Counted from the stretch's first letter, positions 52,590 through 62,559 are shown. The stretch: 64,000 nucleotides of DNA from Anaerolineae bacterium (GCA_050288085.1 JBNKDD010000001.1:15728-79727), one strand, 5' to 3'. Notes: generated from the sequence alone by a model not told the origin. Translations and numbers: made by a program.

Positions 52590-53888
52590 ATGGCAAGTGT
52601 TCCTGTTGATTTCAAGATCGACGTACATCACATTACCCGTGTTGAGGGGCATGGCAACATTCTGGTTGACGTGAAAAATGGTGAAATGAAGCAATGTGAG
52701 TTGCAGGTTGTCGAAGCTCCGCGCTTCTTTGAAGCGATGCTGCGCGGCCAGCCTTATGATCAGTCTTCTCACCTGACCTCGCGTATCTGCGGTATCTGCG
52801 CCGTCGGCCATGCGACCGCATCACTCCGTGCAACGGAAAATGCGCTTGGCGTCGAACTCAGTGAACAGACCGTGCTGCTGCGCAAGCTCAATTTCTACGG
52901 CGAAATTCTGGACAGCCATATTCTGCATGCCTACATGCTGATTGCCCCAGATTTCCTGGGTGTGGGCAGTGTGATCCCGCTGGCGAAGTCTGCCCCAGAC
53001 GTGGTGCTGCGGGCCCTGCGCATGAAGAAACTGGCCGGTGACCTCTGCAAGAATCTTTGCGGACGGCACACGCACCCCATCGCGATGGTGGTGGGTGGCT
53101 TCACCCATTTCCCCAGCCACGATGTTCTGATCCAGCTCCGGGAACGGTTCGAGGCGATGCGGGCCGATGTTGCAGCGACCGTCGAATTGTTCCAGACGCT
53201 AGAAATGCCTGACTTCGAGCGAGAGACTGAATACATCGCGCTGCACAAAGACGATGAATACGCCTGGATCGATGGCGTGATTGCCAGCAGCGACGGCGGC
53301 ACGACACCGCTTGACAACTACCGGGATGTGACCAACGAATATCTGGTCAAGCATTCGTCAGCCAAGCGCACCAAGCATAAGCGGGATTCTTACCAGGTCG
53401 GCGCACTGGCACGGGTCAACGTCAACTATGACCAGCTTCACCCGAAGGCCAAAGAAGCCGCCACTGCGCTTAACCTGAAGACGGTCTGCCACAATCCCTA
53501 TATGATCACGGTGGCCCAGGTGGTTGAGATCGCTCACGCGGTTGAAGATTCAATTACCCTGATTGACCAACTGCTGGAACGCGGCGTTGAGCCGGAAGAA
53601 CCGGCCAAGCCCGCCCGCCTATCCGGCGAAGGCGTCGGCTCCTGCGAGGTTCCACGCGGCATCCTGTTCCACAACTACAAGATTGAGGATGGCCGGGTTG
53701 TCGGTGCCAACTGCATCATTCCGACCAACCAGAACCTCCAGAATACCGAACTCGACATGAAGGCGTTGGTCCCAACGATCCTGGATCGTTCGCAGGAAGA
53801 CATCACGCTGGCCCTGGAAATGCTTGTCCGGGCCTACGACCCGTGTATCTCCTGCTCAACCCACCTGCTCGATGTGAAATTCGTTTAA
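52590..53888 (+). CDS. hydA: NiFe hydrogenase large (alpha) subunit, group 3b type
   Basis: L1 motif RICGICAVGH and L2 motif DPCISCSTH, followed by a short C-terminal extension LLDVKFV. GGAGGAGG SD is present. Confidence 0.92.
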   Translation: MASVPVDFKIDVHHITRVEGHGNILVDVKNGEMKQCELQVVEAPRFFEAMLRGQPYDQSSHLTSRICGICAVGHATASLRATENALGVELSEQTVLLRKLNFYGEILDSHILHAYMLIAPDFLGVGSVIPLAKSAPDVVLRALRMKKLAGDLCKNLCGRHTHPIAMVVGGFTHFPSHDVLIQLRERFEAMRADVAATVELFQTLEMPDFERETEYIALHKDDEYAWIDGVIASSDGGTTPLDNYRDVTNEYLVKHSSAKRTKHKRDSYQVGALARVNVNYDQLHPKAKEAATALNLKTVCHNPYMITVAQVVEIAHAVEDSITLIDQLLERGVEPEEPAKPARLSGEGVGSCEVPRGILFHNYKIEDGRVVGANCIIPTNQNLQNTELDMKALVPTILDRSQEDITLALEMLVRAYDPCISCSTHLLDVKFV

Positions 53889-53902
53889 GTATGAGATAAT
53901 GG

Positions 53903-53931
53903 ATGGTAGGGGTAATTCTTGCCCCTACCAT
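53903..53931 (+). terminator. hairpin (attenuator or partial terminator) after the large-subunit gene
   Basis: 10-bp perfect stem ATGGTAGGGG / CCCCTACCAT, followed by TTAATTTGTT. Confidence 0.5.
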
Positions 53932-53969
53932 TTAATTTGTTAATGCTGATCTGGGGATAGACAAAAGCA

Positions 53970-54437
53970 GTGGCCCGAATTGCCGATACGTTGGTTCTCG
54001 CGCTGGGAAATCCACTGCGCGGAGATGATGGTGTAGGGGCTGCTACCCTGGAAGTACTATCCCGCCATGATCTGCCGGAAGGGGTTGATCTGGTTGATGG
54101 GGGAACTGGGGGCCTTGAAATCGTGTTGATGTTTCAAGACTACCGCCGGGTGATCATCATTGATGCTGCCGAAATGGGCATTGAGCCAGGCAAGTGGCAG
54201 CGCTTCACCCCCCACGACGTGATCTTATCCTCTGGTGAGATGCACGGCACTGTCCACGATGCGGGCCTGGCCGAAGCTCTCCAACTGGCAGATGCATTGA
54301 CAATCACACCAGACGAATTGGTGATCTACGGCGTGCAACCGCTTGAAGTAGGCTGGGTTTCGGGTCTGAGCGAGCCAATCTGGGCGGCTGTTCCCGATAT
54401 CATTGCAGCCATACTCAGCGAGTTGGACGACAATTAA
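53970..54437 (+). CDS. hydrogenase maturation endopeptidase
   Basis: LALGNPLRGDDGVG motif typical of HyaD/HycI-family proteases. GTG start. Confidence 0.85.
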   Translation: MARIADTLVLALGNPLRGDDGVGAATLEVLSRHDLPEGVDLVDGGTGGLEIVLMFQDYRRVIIIDAAEMGIEPGKWQRFTPHDVILSSGEMHGTVHDAGLAEALQLADALTITPDELVIYGVQPLEVGWVSGLSEPIWAAVPDIIAAILSELDDN

Positions 54438-54468
54438 TTACTCAAGCAAACAAAGGATATAAAATCCC

Positions 54469-54864
54469 ATGGCCAAGATTTTGATAATTGATGATGATCC
54501 GGACATGGTGTTGGCCGCACGTCTTTGTTTGGAGGGCGCTGGCTATGAGGTCATAGAAGCAGGCAGCGGCCCCGCCGGACTTGACATGATCAAGGCTGAA
54601 AAGCCTGATCTGATCATCCTGGACGTGATGATGGATACCACCACCGAGGGCTTTCAACTGGCACTCAAGCTCCGTAACCCCGCTCCAGATTCTGAGTATG
54701 CCGATTACAAAGGTATCCCGATCATCATGCTCACCTCCATTCATGCCACCTCACCGGTTGAGTTTGCACCTGATCAGGACTACCTGCCGGTTGATGTCTT
54801 CATTGATAAACCCATCGATCCCGACAATCTGGTCGCCAAAGTTAAAGAACAACTGGCCGGATAG
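54469..54864 (+). CDS. single-domain response regulator
   Basis: ILIIDDDPD, LIILDVMM, and an IDKP Lys. Confidence 0.85.
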   Translation: MAKILIIDDDPDMVLAARLCLEGAGYEVIEAGSGPAGLDMIKAEKPDLIILDVMMDTTTEGFQLALKLRNPAPDSEYADYKGIPIIMLTSIHATSPVEFAPDQDYLPVDVFIDKPIDPDNLVAKVKEQLAG

Positions 54865-54959
54865 CAACTCTTTTTTATACCAACAAACGATAATATTGTA
54901 GCTAACATTGGTAATCGCCATCGGCGGTTACCAATGATTTTAGATAAGATAGGCCTCCT

Positions 54960-56825
54960 ATGACAGAACAAGCCTCTGCTCCTTTGACGGCTCAATTCTT
55001 TGAACAGAGTCCTTTTGAAACGTTGGGTAGGAGTGATACTGCCAGCAACAATATTCGCCTGATCGGGACACGCTGGTTTGCCGGAGTAGCCGTCCTGCTG
55101 GCAACCGCTTTTTGCGTCCACATCCTACACCTACCGCTGCCCGAAATCCCATTATATGGAACCGGTGTGGCTATCCTGTTCTACAATGGCATCCTGACCT
55201 GGTTAATACATCGGGCCCAGACCAGCGGCCAAATCTGGCAGCGCAAGGAAATGCGGAATTTTGTGTTGATCCAGGTGGCGCTGGACTGGGTCGCTATGGC
55301 GATCTTTCTCCATCTGACCGGGGGGATCAGCAGCCCGGCGACTCCGTTTATGGTCATCCACATGTTGATGATCACCATCTTGCTGCCGGATGAATCACCC
55401 TATCCCTATCTGGGGATGGGACTTGGTATCCTGGCAATGATTGCCCTGTTGGAGGGGATCGGCTTACTACCTCATTATACTATTATTCCTAACTTGCCAG
55501 TTGATCTGCACAGCAATACCACTTACGTTTTATCACGGGTCATTTTTATCGCAATCACGGCCTTTGCTATTGTCTTCCTGACTTCGTCCATTATGGGGCG
55601 GCTGCGCGAACGCGAACGCCAGATAGCCGCCTTACTTCAGTCAACGCAGGCAGTCTCCTCAACTCTCAGCCTGCCGGAGGTCATGGATCGGTTGATAGAA
55701 AGTGCGGCACTGGCACTTTCTGTCACGAAAGCCTCTATTCGTTTACTGGATGAGAGCGGTGAGCAATTGACGATGGCTGCGACGCATGGCCTCAGCCAGG
55801 AATATGTAGATAAGGGGCCGGTTCTTTTATCTCACAATGCTCTGGTGCGTGATGTACTGCTCGGACGGCCTATTATCCTCCAGGATGTCATGGATGATCC
55901 CCGCATTCAGTACCCCCGGCAAGCACGGAAAGAGGGTATTTATAGCAGCTTGGTTGTGCCTATCATTGGATACGGGAAACCATTAGGCGTACTGCGCGTT
56001 TATTCAGATGAGCCGCGCCACTTCACAGATGACGATGCGGCTTTCTTAACATCGATTGCCCAACAGGGGTCTACCGCGCTCGAAAATGCGATGGCCCACG
56101 ATAAGCTGCAAAAATCCGACCAGGAGCGAGCGCAGTTCGTCCGGATCGTCACGCATGAACTTCGCTCTCCGGTCAACGGCGCACAGAGCCTTTTACGGGT
56201 AATGATGCAGGGCATGGCGGGCGAACTCAACGACCAACAGTATGACATTCTAAAACGGCTGGGTAAGCGTCTCGACGTGCTGCACGATCTGATCGAAGAT
56301 TTACTCGCTCTAGCAGCCAGCAAGACTACGTTGTATCAGGAGCCCCTTAAGCCTCTGCCCATCCAGTCGTCGATCCAAAAGGTCATTGATCAGGTATCCA
56401 GTGAGGCGGAGGAGAAAAACGTTGAGGTGGAATTTGAGGCTCCTAACAGCTTCATGAAAGTAAATGCCACCCAGGAAGGTTTGGGGCGAATATTGCTGAA
56501 TCTGATCGGCAATGCTGTCAAATATACACCGGAAAACGGGCATGTTTCTGTTAAGCTGGTTGATCAATCAACCCATGCGGAAATTTCGATTTCAGACACC
56601 GGGATTGGAATCCCGGAAAAGGATTTACCCAACCTCTGGAACGAGTTCTTCCGAGCCGGTAATGCCAAGCAGTCGGGGATTCCGGGCACCGGGTTGGGGT
56701 TGTCGATCTCCAAGCAGTTAGTCGAGCGGTTCGGCGGGATGGTTAGCGTTCAAAGCGTGGAAGGCGAGGGGACAACCTTCAAGGTTACGCTGCCGTTAGC
56801 CGATCTAGAAAAAGAACCGGCCTGA
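54960..56825 (+). CDS. membrane sensor histidine kinase with GAF domain
   Basis: About 6 N-terminal TM helices and a GAF region. H-box THELRSPV, N-box NLIGNAVKYT, G1 DTGIGI, G2 GTGLGLS. Confidence 0.9.
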   Translation: MTEQASAPLTAQFFEQSPFETLGRSDTASNNIRLIGTRWFAGVAVLLATAFCVHILHLPLPEIPLYGTGVAILFYNGILTWLIHRAQTSGQIWQRKEMRNFVLIQVALDWVAMAIFLHLTGGISSPATPFMVIHMLMITILLPDESPYPYLGMGLGILAMIALLEGIGLLPHYTIIPNLPVDLHSNTTYVLSRVIFIAITAFAIVFLTSSIMGRLRERERQIAALLQSTQAVSSTLSLPEVMDRLIESAALALSVTKASIRLLDESGEQLTMAATHGLSQEYVDKGPVLLSHNALVRDVLLGRPIILQDVMDDPRIQYPRQARKEGIYSSLVVPIIGYGKPLGVLRVYSDEPRHFTDDDAAFLTSIAQQGSTALENAMAHDKLQKSDQERAQFVRIVTHELRSPVNGAQSLLRVMMQGMAGELNDQQYDILKRLGKRLDVLHDLIEDLLALAASKTTLYQEPLKPLPIQSSIQKVIDQVSSEAEEKNVEVEFEAPNSFMKVNATQEGLGRILLNLIGNAVKYTPENGHVSVKLVDQSTHAEISISDTGIGIPEKDLPNLWNEFFRAGNAKQSGIPGTGLGLSISKQLVERFGGMVSVQSVEGEGTTFKVTLPLADLEKEPA

Positions 56826-56849
56826 CAGATATCATCCATCGGTATCAAA

Positions 56850-56879
56850 AGAGCCTGTTGACTGTCGCCAGCAGGCTCT
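56850..56879. terminator. bidirectional terminator between the kinase gene and glyA
   Basis: 8-bp stem AGAGCCTG / CAGGCTCT, flanked by an A-run and a T-rich tract. Confidence 0.6.
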
Positions 56880-56900
56880 TTACTTTCCACCTGGTATGAA

Positions 56901-58190
56901 TTAAACGGCTCCGTTTTCAATGCCCGGTATGGGGAAGTTATGGGTCAGTTCGGTGACCTCTTTGCGCACAGCTATTAACCCGGCTTCATCATCTGGAGCA
57001 CGCAGCACCTGCCCAATCAACGAGCCAACGACGGCCATCTCGTCTGGACCGAAGCCCCGGCTGGTCAGGGCCGGTGACCCAACACGGATGCCGCTTGTGA
57101 TCTTGGCCGGTTGAGGGTCATAGGGGATCAGGTTCTTATTGACGGTGATCCCGGCCCTATCCAGGGCAGTTTCGGCAATGTCGCCGGTAACACCCAGTGG
57201 GCGCAAGTCAACCAACAACAGGTGATTATCCGTGCCACCGGTAACCAGTCGCAGCCCTTCCTCCTGCAATGTTTCACCCAACACTCTGGCATTCTCGACA
57301 ACCTGAGCCGCATAAGTCTTAAAATCAGGCTTCAGGGCCTCGGCGAAACAAACCGCCTTACCGGCAATAACGTGCATCAATGGTCCACCCTGGATGCCGG
57401 GGAATGCACCCCGGTCAATGGCCCGTGCGTGTTCCTGCTTACACAGGATCAGGCCGCCGCGTGGCCCGCGCAGGGTTTTATGGGTACTGCTGGTCACAAC
57501 ATCGGCGTAAGGAACCGGATTGGGATGCGCACCACCGGCGATCAGCCCGGAGATATGTGCCATATCAACCATGAAAAGCGCCCCAACTTCGTCGGCAATT
57601 TCCCGGAATGTGGCAAAATCAATGGTGCGGGGATAAGCCGTGTATCCGGCCAGGATCAGCTTGGGGCGAACGGCGATAGCTAATGATCTGACCTGGTCGA
57701 AATCAATCCGTTCGGTTTCCCGGTCCACACCGTAAGAGATGAAATGGTACAGCCGCCCGGAAAAGTTGATCGGGCTGCCGTGAGTCAGGTGTCCACCCTG
57801 GGCCAGGTCCAGGGCCAGGATGCTGTCCGTCGCCTGGAGTAGACCGGCATAAGCGGCCATATTAGCCTGGGATCCGGAATGCGGCTGAACGTTAGCGTGT
57901 TCCGCCCCAAATAGTTCCTTAGCCCGATTCCGCGCTAAATCCTCAGCAATATCGACAATTTCGCAGCCGCCATAATAACGGCGTCCAGGGTAGCCCTCTG
58001 CATATTTATTGGTCAGGATGGAGCCAGTGGTTTCCAGGACGGCGCGGCTGACATAATTTTCGGAGGCAATCAATTCCAGGTTATCGTGCTGCCGCCGAGC
58101 TTCACGCTGGATCACATCATAAATTTCGGGATCAGCATCTTGCAGGCTTAACCATGCCTGCTGTGATTTTAGTTCTACATTTTTTGCCAT
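56901..58190 (-). CDS. glyA: serine hydroxymethyltransferase
   Basis: [16 protein letters not shown] (PLP lysine). 429 aa. GAAGAGG SD is present. Confidence 0.95.
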   Translation of the reverse strand: MAKNVELKSQQAWLSLQDADPEIYDVIQREARRQHDNLELIASENYVSRAVLETTGSILTNKYAEGYPGRRYYGGCEIVDIAEDLARNRAKELFGAEHANVQPHSGSQANMAAYAGLLQATDSILALDLAQGGHLTHGSPINFSGRLYHFISYGVDRETERIDFDQVRSLAIAVRPKLILAGYTAYPRTIDFATFREIADEVGALFMVDMAHISGLIAGGAHPNPVPYADVVTSSTHKTLRGPRGGLILCKQEHARAIDRGAFPGIQGGPLMHVIAGKAVCFAEALKPDFKTYAAQVVENARVLGETLQEEGLRLVTGGTDNHLLLVDLRPLGVTGDIAETALDRAGITVNKNLIPYDPQPAKITSGIRVGSPALTSRGFGPDEMAVVGSLIGQVLRAPDDEAGLIAVRKEVTELTHNFPIPGIENGAV

Positions 58191-58451
58191 GAGGTACCTC
58201 TTCTTGAAGGTTCAGGGGCGAGCGCCCGCTTCGTGAACGTTATATCCGTAGGGGAAATCCCAGCGACGTGGTCACCCAGTAAGTTTGTGTTGGGTGATGC
58301 GAATCGGAGGGTTTAAAAAACCTTCCCCCTCAACGTCAGGGTTTTAATTTTCAACCGGGACAGGTTGACACTGAATCTATTTTACCCCAAAAGCAGGGGA
58401 TCGATTACACTAGGTGGGCTTAAATTTTTATTGAAAGGATTCTGATAGATC

Positions 58452-58892
58452 ATGGATAAAGTAAAGCAGGCGCTGTCTCGCTTTGAAGAAGGTTTTAGCT
58501 GTTCTCAGGCTGTATTCACAGCTTACGGAACCGACTATGGTTTGGCGGATGAACAAGCCTTGAAACTGTCCGAATCATTTGGTGGTGGTATGGCTATGGG
58601 AGAGACATGTGGGGCCGTCACCGGCGCTTTCATGGTTTTGGGGTTGGAGTATGGAAGAACTGAGGCCGGTGATGATGAGTCTAAACAGAAAACAAAGGAA
58701 CTTGTCAGAGAGTTTGCTGCACAATTTGAGGAGCAATATGGTTCGCTCACCTGCAAGGGCCTCTTAAAGGTTGATATCAGCACCGCAGAAGGGCATCAGG
58801 CCGCAAAAGAACAGGATTTGTTCCATGCCGTTTGTCCCCGGTTTGTACAAAGCGCGGTGGAAATACTCGAACAGACGTTAAACGGAGACTGA
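58452..58892 (+). CDS. C_GCAxxG_C_C family protein
   Basis: FSCSQAV, ETCGAVTGA, LTCKGLL and AVCPRFV motifs in the family order. Confidence 0.8.
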   Translation: MDKVKQALSRFEEGFSCSQAVFTAYGTDYGLADEQALKLSESFGGGMAMGETCGAVTGAFMVLGLEYGRTEAGDDESKQKTKELVREFAAQFEEQYGSLTCKGLLKVDISTAEGHQAAKEQDLFHAVCPRFVQSAVEILEQTLNGD

Positions 58893-58909
58893 GGTATCCG
58901 GGTAATTAC

Positions 58910-58941
58910 CTGATCGGGCGATTCGCTGATCGCCCGATCAG
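58910..58941 (+). terminator. very strong hairpin upstream of the Crp-family gene
   Basis: 13-bp perfect stem CTGATCGGGCGAT / ATCGCCCGATCAG with a 6-nt loop. The U-tract is weak (CTTACTTACC). Confidence 0.5.
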
Positions 58942-58975
58942 CTTACTTACCGGTCGCTGAAAAGGAGTGATCAGC

Positions 58976-59563
58976 ATGACCTCGAATTATCTCAGTGATT
59001 TAACCGGTGAGATGAACTTCATTGGGGACATTCCCGAAGAAGAATTAAGAAAAGTATTGGCGCACACCAAAACGATCACGGTCGAAAAGGACGGCTATTT
59101 CTTAAGAGCGGGAGAAGTTCCAGGGCGGATCGGTTACCTGAAATCAGGCTTAATGCGGCTCTTTTACATCGATCTGAACGGCCTTGAAGTCAATAAGCAT
59201 TTTTGCATTGAAAACACACTGGCAATTTCTTACAGCGCTTTTCTTTTGCAGACTGAATCAAGATTTTTCATTCAGGCGTTGGAGGATTCAACACTCGTTA
59301 CAATCGATTATCAAACCTATCAGGAGTTGCTGGGCGGTCATATTTGCTGGCAGATTGTCGCCAGAAAGCTGGCAGAGATGGTGTTTATATTGAAGGAAAA
59401 AAGAGAGGCTGAACTCCTGCTCAACAGCGCCCAGGAAAGATATCAACAGTTCCTCGCAGACTACCCCAACCTCGAAACGCGCATCGCACAGTATCATATC
59501 GCATCCTATCTGGGTATTACCCCCGAATCATTAAGCCGGATTCGTTCCAAAAAATTAACATAG
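58976..59563 (+). CDS. Crp/Fnr-family transcriptional regulator
   Basis: cNMP-binding-like N-terminal half and C-terminal HTH IAQYHIASYLGITPESLSRIR. Start moved to ATG 58976 (AAGGAG SD 8 nt upstream). Confidence 0.85.
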   Translation: MTSNYLSDLTGEMNFIGDIPEEELRKVLAHTKTITVEKDGYFLRAGEVPGRIGYLKSGLMRLFYIDLNGLEVNKHFCIENTLAISYSAFLLQTESRFFIQALEDSTLVTIDYQTYQELLGGHICWQIVARKLAEMVFILKEKREAELLLNSAQERYQQFLADYPNLETRIAQYHIASYLGITPESLSRIRSKKLT

Positions 59564-59648
59564 ATCAATGATGTGACACCCATTCTCCTGTATCTTTTCC
59601 ATATTGATTGTGATATTGGAAAACTTTTAGTACAGGAGAATAAAAATC

Positions 59649-59882
59649 GTGAAAGCAAAAATCAGCGCAGCAGCGACAAATGGCCTTATTGGTGGGTTAA
59701 TCAGTGGGGGCATCTCAGCCTTGTTGAACCACTACCTGCTCCCCTTTCCGGCTACACCGCTGGACAATGTGATCGGACATGGGATCGGTGGCTTTTTCTG
59801 TGGGTTCATTAGCTGCGTGATCGGGATCATGATCTATGCCAGCCAGCATGCAGCCGATAAAACCACGATCGAAGCGGCCTGA
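59649..59882 (+). CDS. small Gly-rich membrane protein
   Basis: 77 aa with two Gly-zipper-like TM helices. GTG start with an AGGAG SD 10 nt upstream. Confidence 0.45.
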   Translation: MKAKISAAATNGLIGGLISGGISALLNHYLLPFPATPLDNVIGHGIGGFFCGFISCVIGIMIYASQHAADKTTIEAA

Positions 59883-59893
59883 GGGATACGGAC

Positions 59894-60628
59894 ATGGAAC
59901 TATCTAATAAAGTGATCGTCATTACCGGTGCATCAAAGGGACTTGGGAAATCGACTGCACTTCACCTGAGCCGTATCACTCCTCATCTTGTCCTGGTTGC
60001 ACGCAGCGAGCGGCTATTGCTCCAGGTTCAAGCGGAAATCGCAAACACGACCGGACATTCACCCTGCGTGATCCAGTGCGATATCGCTTCGGAGGATGGC
60101 GTAAAACGTATGGCTGCCCTGGTTGAAGAGAAATATGGACGGGTTGATGTACTGGTGAATAACGCCGGGATGGGGATATACCGGGTATCGGAAGAACTAT
60201 CAAATCAGGAGATGCGGCGGCACTTCGAGGTGAATTTCTTCGGGGCGTACTATTGCATCAAAGCCCTGCTGCCCTTACTTAAGCAAAGTGAGGCAGGCTA
60301 TATTCTGAACGTTGGCTCACTGTTCAGCCGTGTATCTCTAAAAGAGAACAGCGTATATGCCGCCACGAAATTTGCCCTGGCCGGTTTTACGGAAGGTCTA
60401 TCCAGTGAGTTGAAGTCTTCCGGTGTGAAGGTTGGCCTGTTCATGCCAGGGCCGATGGACACCGCATTCCAGGATAATCGGGACCAGGGAGCAGCAAAAT
60501 CCCCGGTAATGCTGGATACGAAACGAGTCGCGGCGGTTATCCAGGCTATGATCTGTAAACGGAAGAAAAGCGTGGTTTTGCCCATGTGGATGTTGGCTGG
60601 TCTCAGGCTTAAACGTGCGTTCGCATAG
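59894..60628 (+). CDS. SDR-family oxidoreductase
   Basis: ITGASKGLGKS, NNAG and YAATKFA (YxxxK). Confidence 0.9.
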   Translation: MELSNKVIVITGASKGLGKSTALHLSRITPHLVLVARSERLLLQVQAEIANTTGHSPCVIQCDIASEDGVKRMAALVEEKYGRVDVLVNNAGMGIYRVSEELSNQEMRRHFEVNFFGAYYCIKALLPLLKQSEAGYILNVGSLFSRVSLKENSVYAATKFALAGFTEGLSSELKSSGVKVGLFMPGPMDTAFQDNRDQGAAKSPVMLDTKRVAAVIQAMICKRKKSVVLPMWMLAGLRLKRAFA

Positions 60629-60750
60629 GCGGTAAACTCGCCCTGATCTTAGTTCCGCAAATCGATATAATAACTGTGCCCACGTCCTTCATGATGTGGG
60701 CCTTCCATATAGATAGCACGACAGCCTCTTGAGTTTTACCGGAGCGGATC

Positions 60751-61830
60751 ATGGCAAACCAAGTCTCGCCAGTCTTTTCTTCACCCTCTCCTGAGTCGAT
60801 TAGTTCCTATTACGCAGGGCTGCGACCCTTCTGGCATCCGGTACTCCGGGTAGACGATTTGCCCGAAGGGCAGCCGGTCGGTGTCGAACTGCTAGAGGAA
60901 GCGATTGTGCTGGTTCGTCTCAACGATCAGATTGTCGCCATGCAGGACTTGTGCCGCCATTTCCAGGTGCAGTTGTCGTTGGGTGAAATTGTCGAGCGTG
61001 GGGGACAGGAATGCCTGCTGTGTCCTTATCACGGCTGGACCTATGACTCAAGCGGCCAGTGTGTGGATATTCCCCAGCTTGCGCCGGGCCGCGAGATCCC
61101 CCGCGAGGCTAAAGTACCGACCTACCACGTCCAGGAGTGCTATGGCCTGATCTGGGTTTGCCTGGCCGATCAGCCCTATTTTGATATTCCTGCTTTCCCC
61201 GAAGTCAGCGACCCGGAATTCCACCCAGGGCCGCTCCGGGTATACGATCCCTGGATTGCCAGCGCTCCCCGGATCATCATGGGGGCATTGGATGATACCC
61301 ATTTCCCCTGGGTGCATGAGGGTTTCCTGGGGGATCGTTCCGACACCGCCCCACCCGATCACAAAGTCTGGCGCGAGGATCGTTACCTGGTTTCACAGTA
61401 TACCGTTATGCAGCCGCGCAATGTCAGTACCGCCGACGTGAGTGACGATGCTCCAGGGGATTCAGTTGGTGGTATGGAAGAAATTACCTACACGAACTAC
61501 GTGGGAGTACCAGGCGTGATCAGGCTGGTCAAGGATGGTGGCGCAGGGCGCTACATTATCTGGATGGCGACCCTGCCACATGCCTATAACAAGACCACTA
61601 CCTTCTGGCGGGTGGCCCGTAATTACGATCGCGATCCGGCTCATGACCAGATTTACGAGGATTTTGAGGATCAGGTGCGGGCACAGGATAAGCCCATTGT
61701 GGAGAGCCAACGGCCCTGGCTGCTGCCACCGTTCTGGACGAAGATCGAGCTGCCGCTTCGCCCGGCGGATCAGCCTTTGATTGAGTATCAGAAATGGTTG
61801 GAAGAATTAGAAATTGCAGTTGATGTGTAA
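60751..61830 (+). CDS. Rieske (2Fe-2S) non-heme iron oxygenase (PaO/KshA-like)
   Basis: Rieske motif CRH..CPYHGW and mononuclear Fe motif DDTHFPWVH. Confidence 0.85.
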   Translation: MANQVSPVFSSPSPESISSYYAGLRPFWHPVLRVDDLPEGQPVGVELLEEAIVLVRLNDQIVAMQDLCRHFQVQLSLGEIVERGGQECLLCPYHGWTYDSSGQCVDIPQLAPGREIPREAKVPTYHVQECYGLIWVCLADQPYFDIPAFPEVSDPEFHPGPLRVYDPWIASAPRIIMGALDDTHFPWVHEGFLGDRSDTAPPDHKVWREDRYLVSQYTVMQPRNVSTADVSDDAPGDSVGGMEEITYTNYVGVPGVIRLVKDGGAGRYIIWMATLPHAYNKTTTFWRVARNYDRDPAHDQIYEDFEDQVRAQDKPIVESQRPWLLPPFWTKIELPLRPADQPLIEYQKWLEELEIAVDV

Positions 61831-61834
61831 TGAT

Positions 61835-61858
61835 AAGGGGCGGCGAAAACCGCCCCTT
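61835..61858. terminator. bidirectional terminator-like hairpin
   Basis: 9-bp stem AAGGGGCGG / CCGCCCCTT with loop CGAAAA, between convergent genes. Confidence 0.6.
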
Positions 61859-61862
61859 GTTC

Positions 61863-62555
61863 TTAATGATGTCCACCCTGAGCGCGGTAGCGGCAGGTGT
61901 TCCGCACGGCGCAATAATCACAGACTATACCCTTCGCATTGACGTTCGGCCCGATGCCTAAGACCAGCGTCAGTGATTTGGCGGGCTGCATCAGGCACCC
62001 ATCGGTAAGGCTGACACCGATCTCTTGCGCCGGGAGCAGTTCAAAGAGTTGAGGCTGTCCCTCGCCAACCGGCCAATCATCCATACCGGGGCTGAGTGGC
62101 ACACTGCTTCCGATTCCTTGAGCCTGAGCCTCCAGTTCAAAATGGCGGCAGGCTGCCACACTCAATGCTTCGACGGTAGCCGATCCGACCGCATCCAACG
62201 CCAGCCCGTAGATCGGATCGGTGGAAAAGGCATTGTGAGTCATCGATTCGATTCCGCTGCCGACCGTGCACAGGATCGCTATAACCTCGGCTGCCGGGGC
62301 CAGGTGCTCGACCACTAACGGCCCTTTTAACTCAACGCCATCCTCAAGTCGCAGCCGGTTGTGGAGAACATCCTTGACGGCGCGCCTTTCATAAATCACG
62401 CGAGGCTCTAAGACAGATTGGGCTTCGGATAATGCGTAATCGGCTAACTCAGCGAACTCAGGGCGGCGAGCGCGGATGATCTCCGGATCGCCTCCCTGGG
62501 CACGTAAAACAGCGTCAGCGTCAACCGCGATAGATAGATTATTCAATTGGGGCAT
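61863..62555 (-). CDS. methionine-synthase activation-domain-like (Met_synt_B12-like) protein with a C-terminal Cys motif
   Basis: SPGMDDWPVGEGQPQLFELLPAQEIGVSLTDGCLMQPAKSLTLVLGIG resembles stand-alone MetH activation-domain proteins. The C-terminus is CDYCAVRNTC. Start moved to ATG 62555, 4 nt after the upstream stop. Confidence 0.55.
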   Translation of the reverse strand: MPQLNNLSIAVDADAVLRAQGGDPEIIRARRPEFAELADYALSEAQSVLEPRVIYERRAVKDVLHNRLRLEDGVELKGPLVVEHLAPAAEVIAILCTVGSGIESMTHNAFSTDPIYGLALDAVGSATVEALSVAACRHFELEAQAQGIGSSVPLSPGMDDWPVGEGQPQLFELLPAQEIGVSLTDGCLMQPAKSLTLVLGIGPNVNAKGIVCDYCAVRNTCRYRAQGGHH

Positions 62556-62559
62556 GGAG

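Noticed and set aside
58191-58451. Firm call of a ZTP, THF or T-box riboswitch upstream of glyA.
   Set aside because: Only partial similarity to remembered consensus cores was found. There was no CCGCCUGGGC-like ZTP 3' element, no specifier-loop or AGAGA box, and no THF core. It is kept only as an unclassified leader in the findings.
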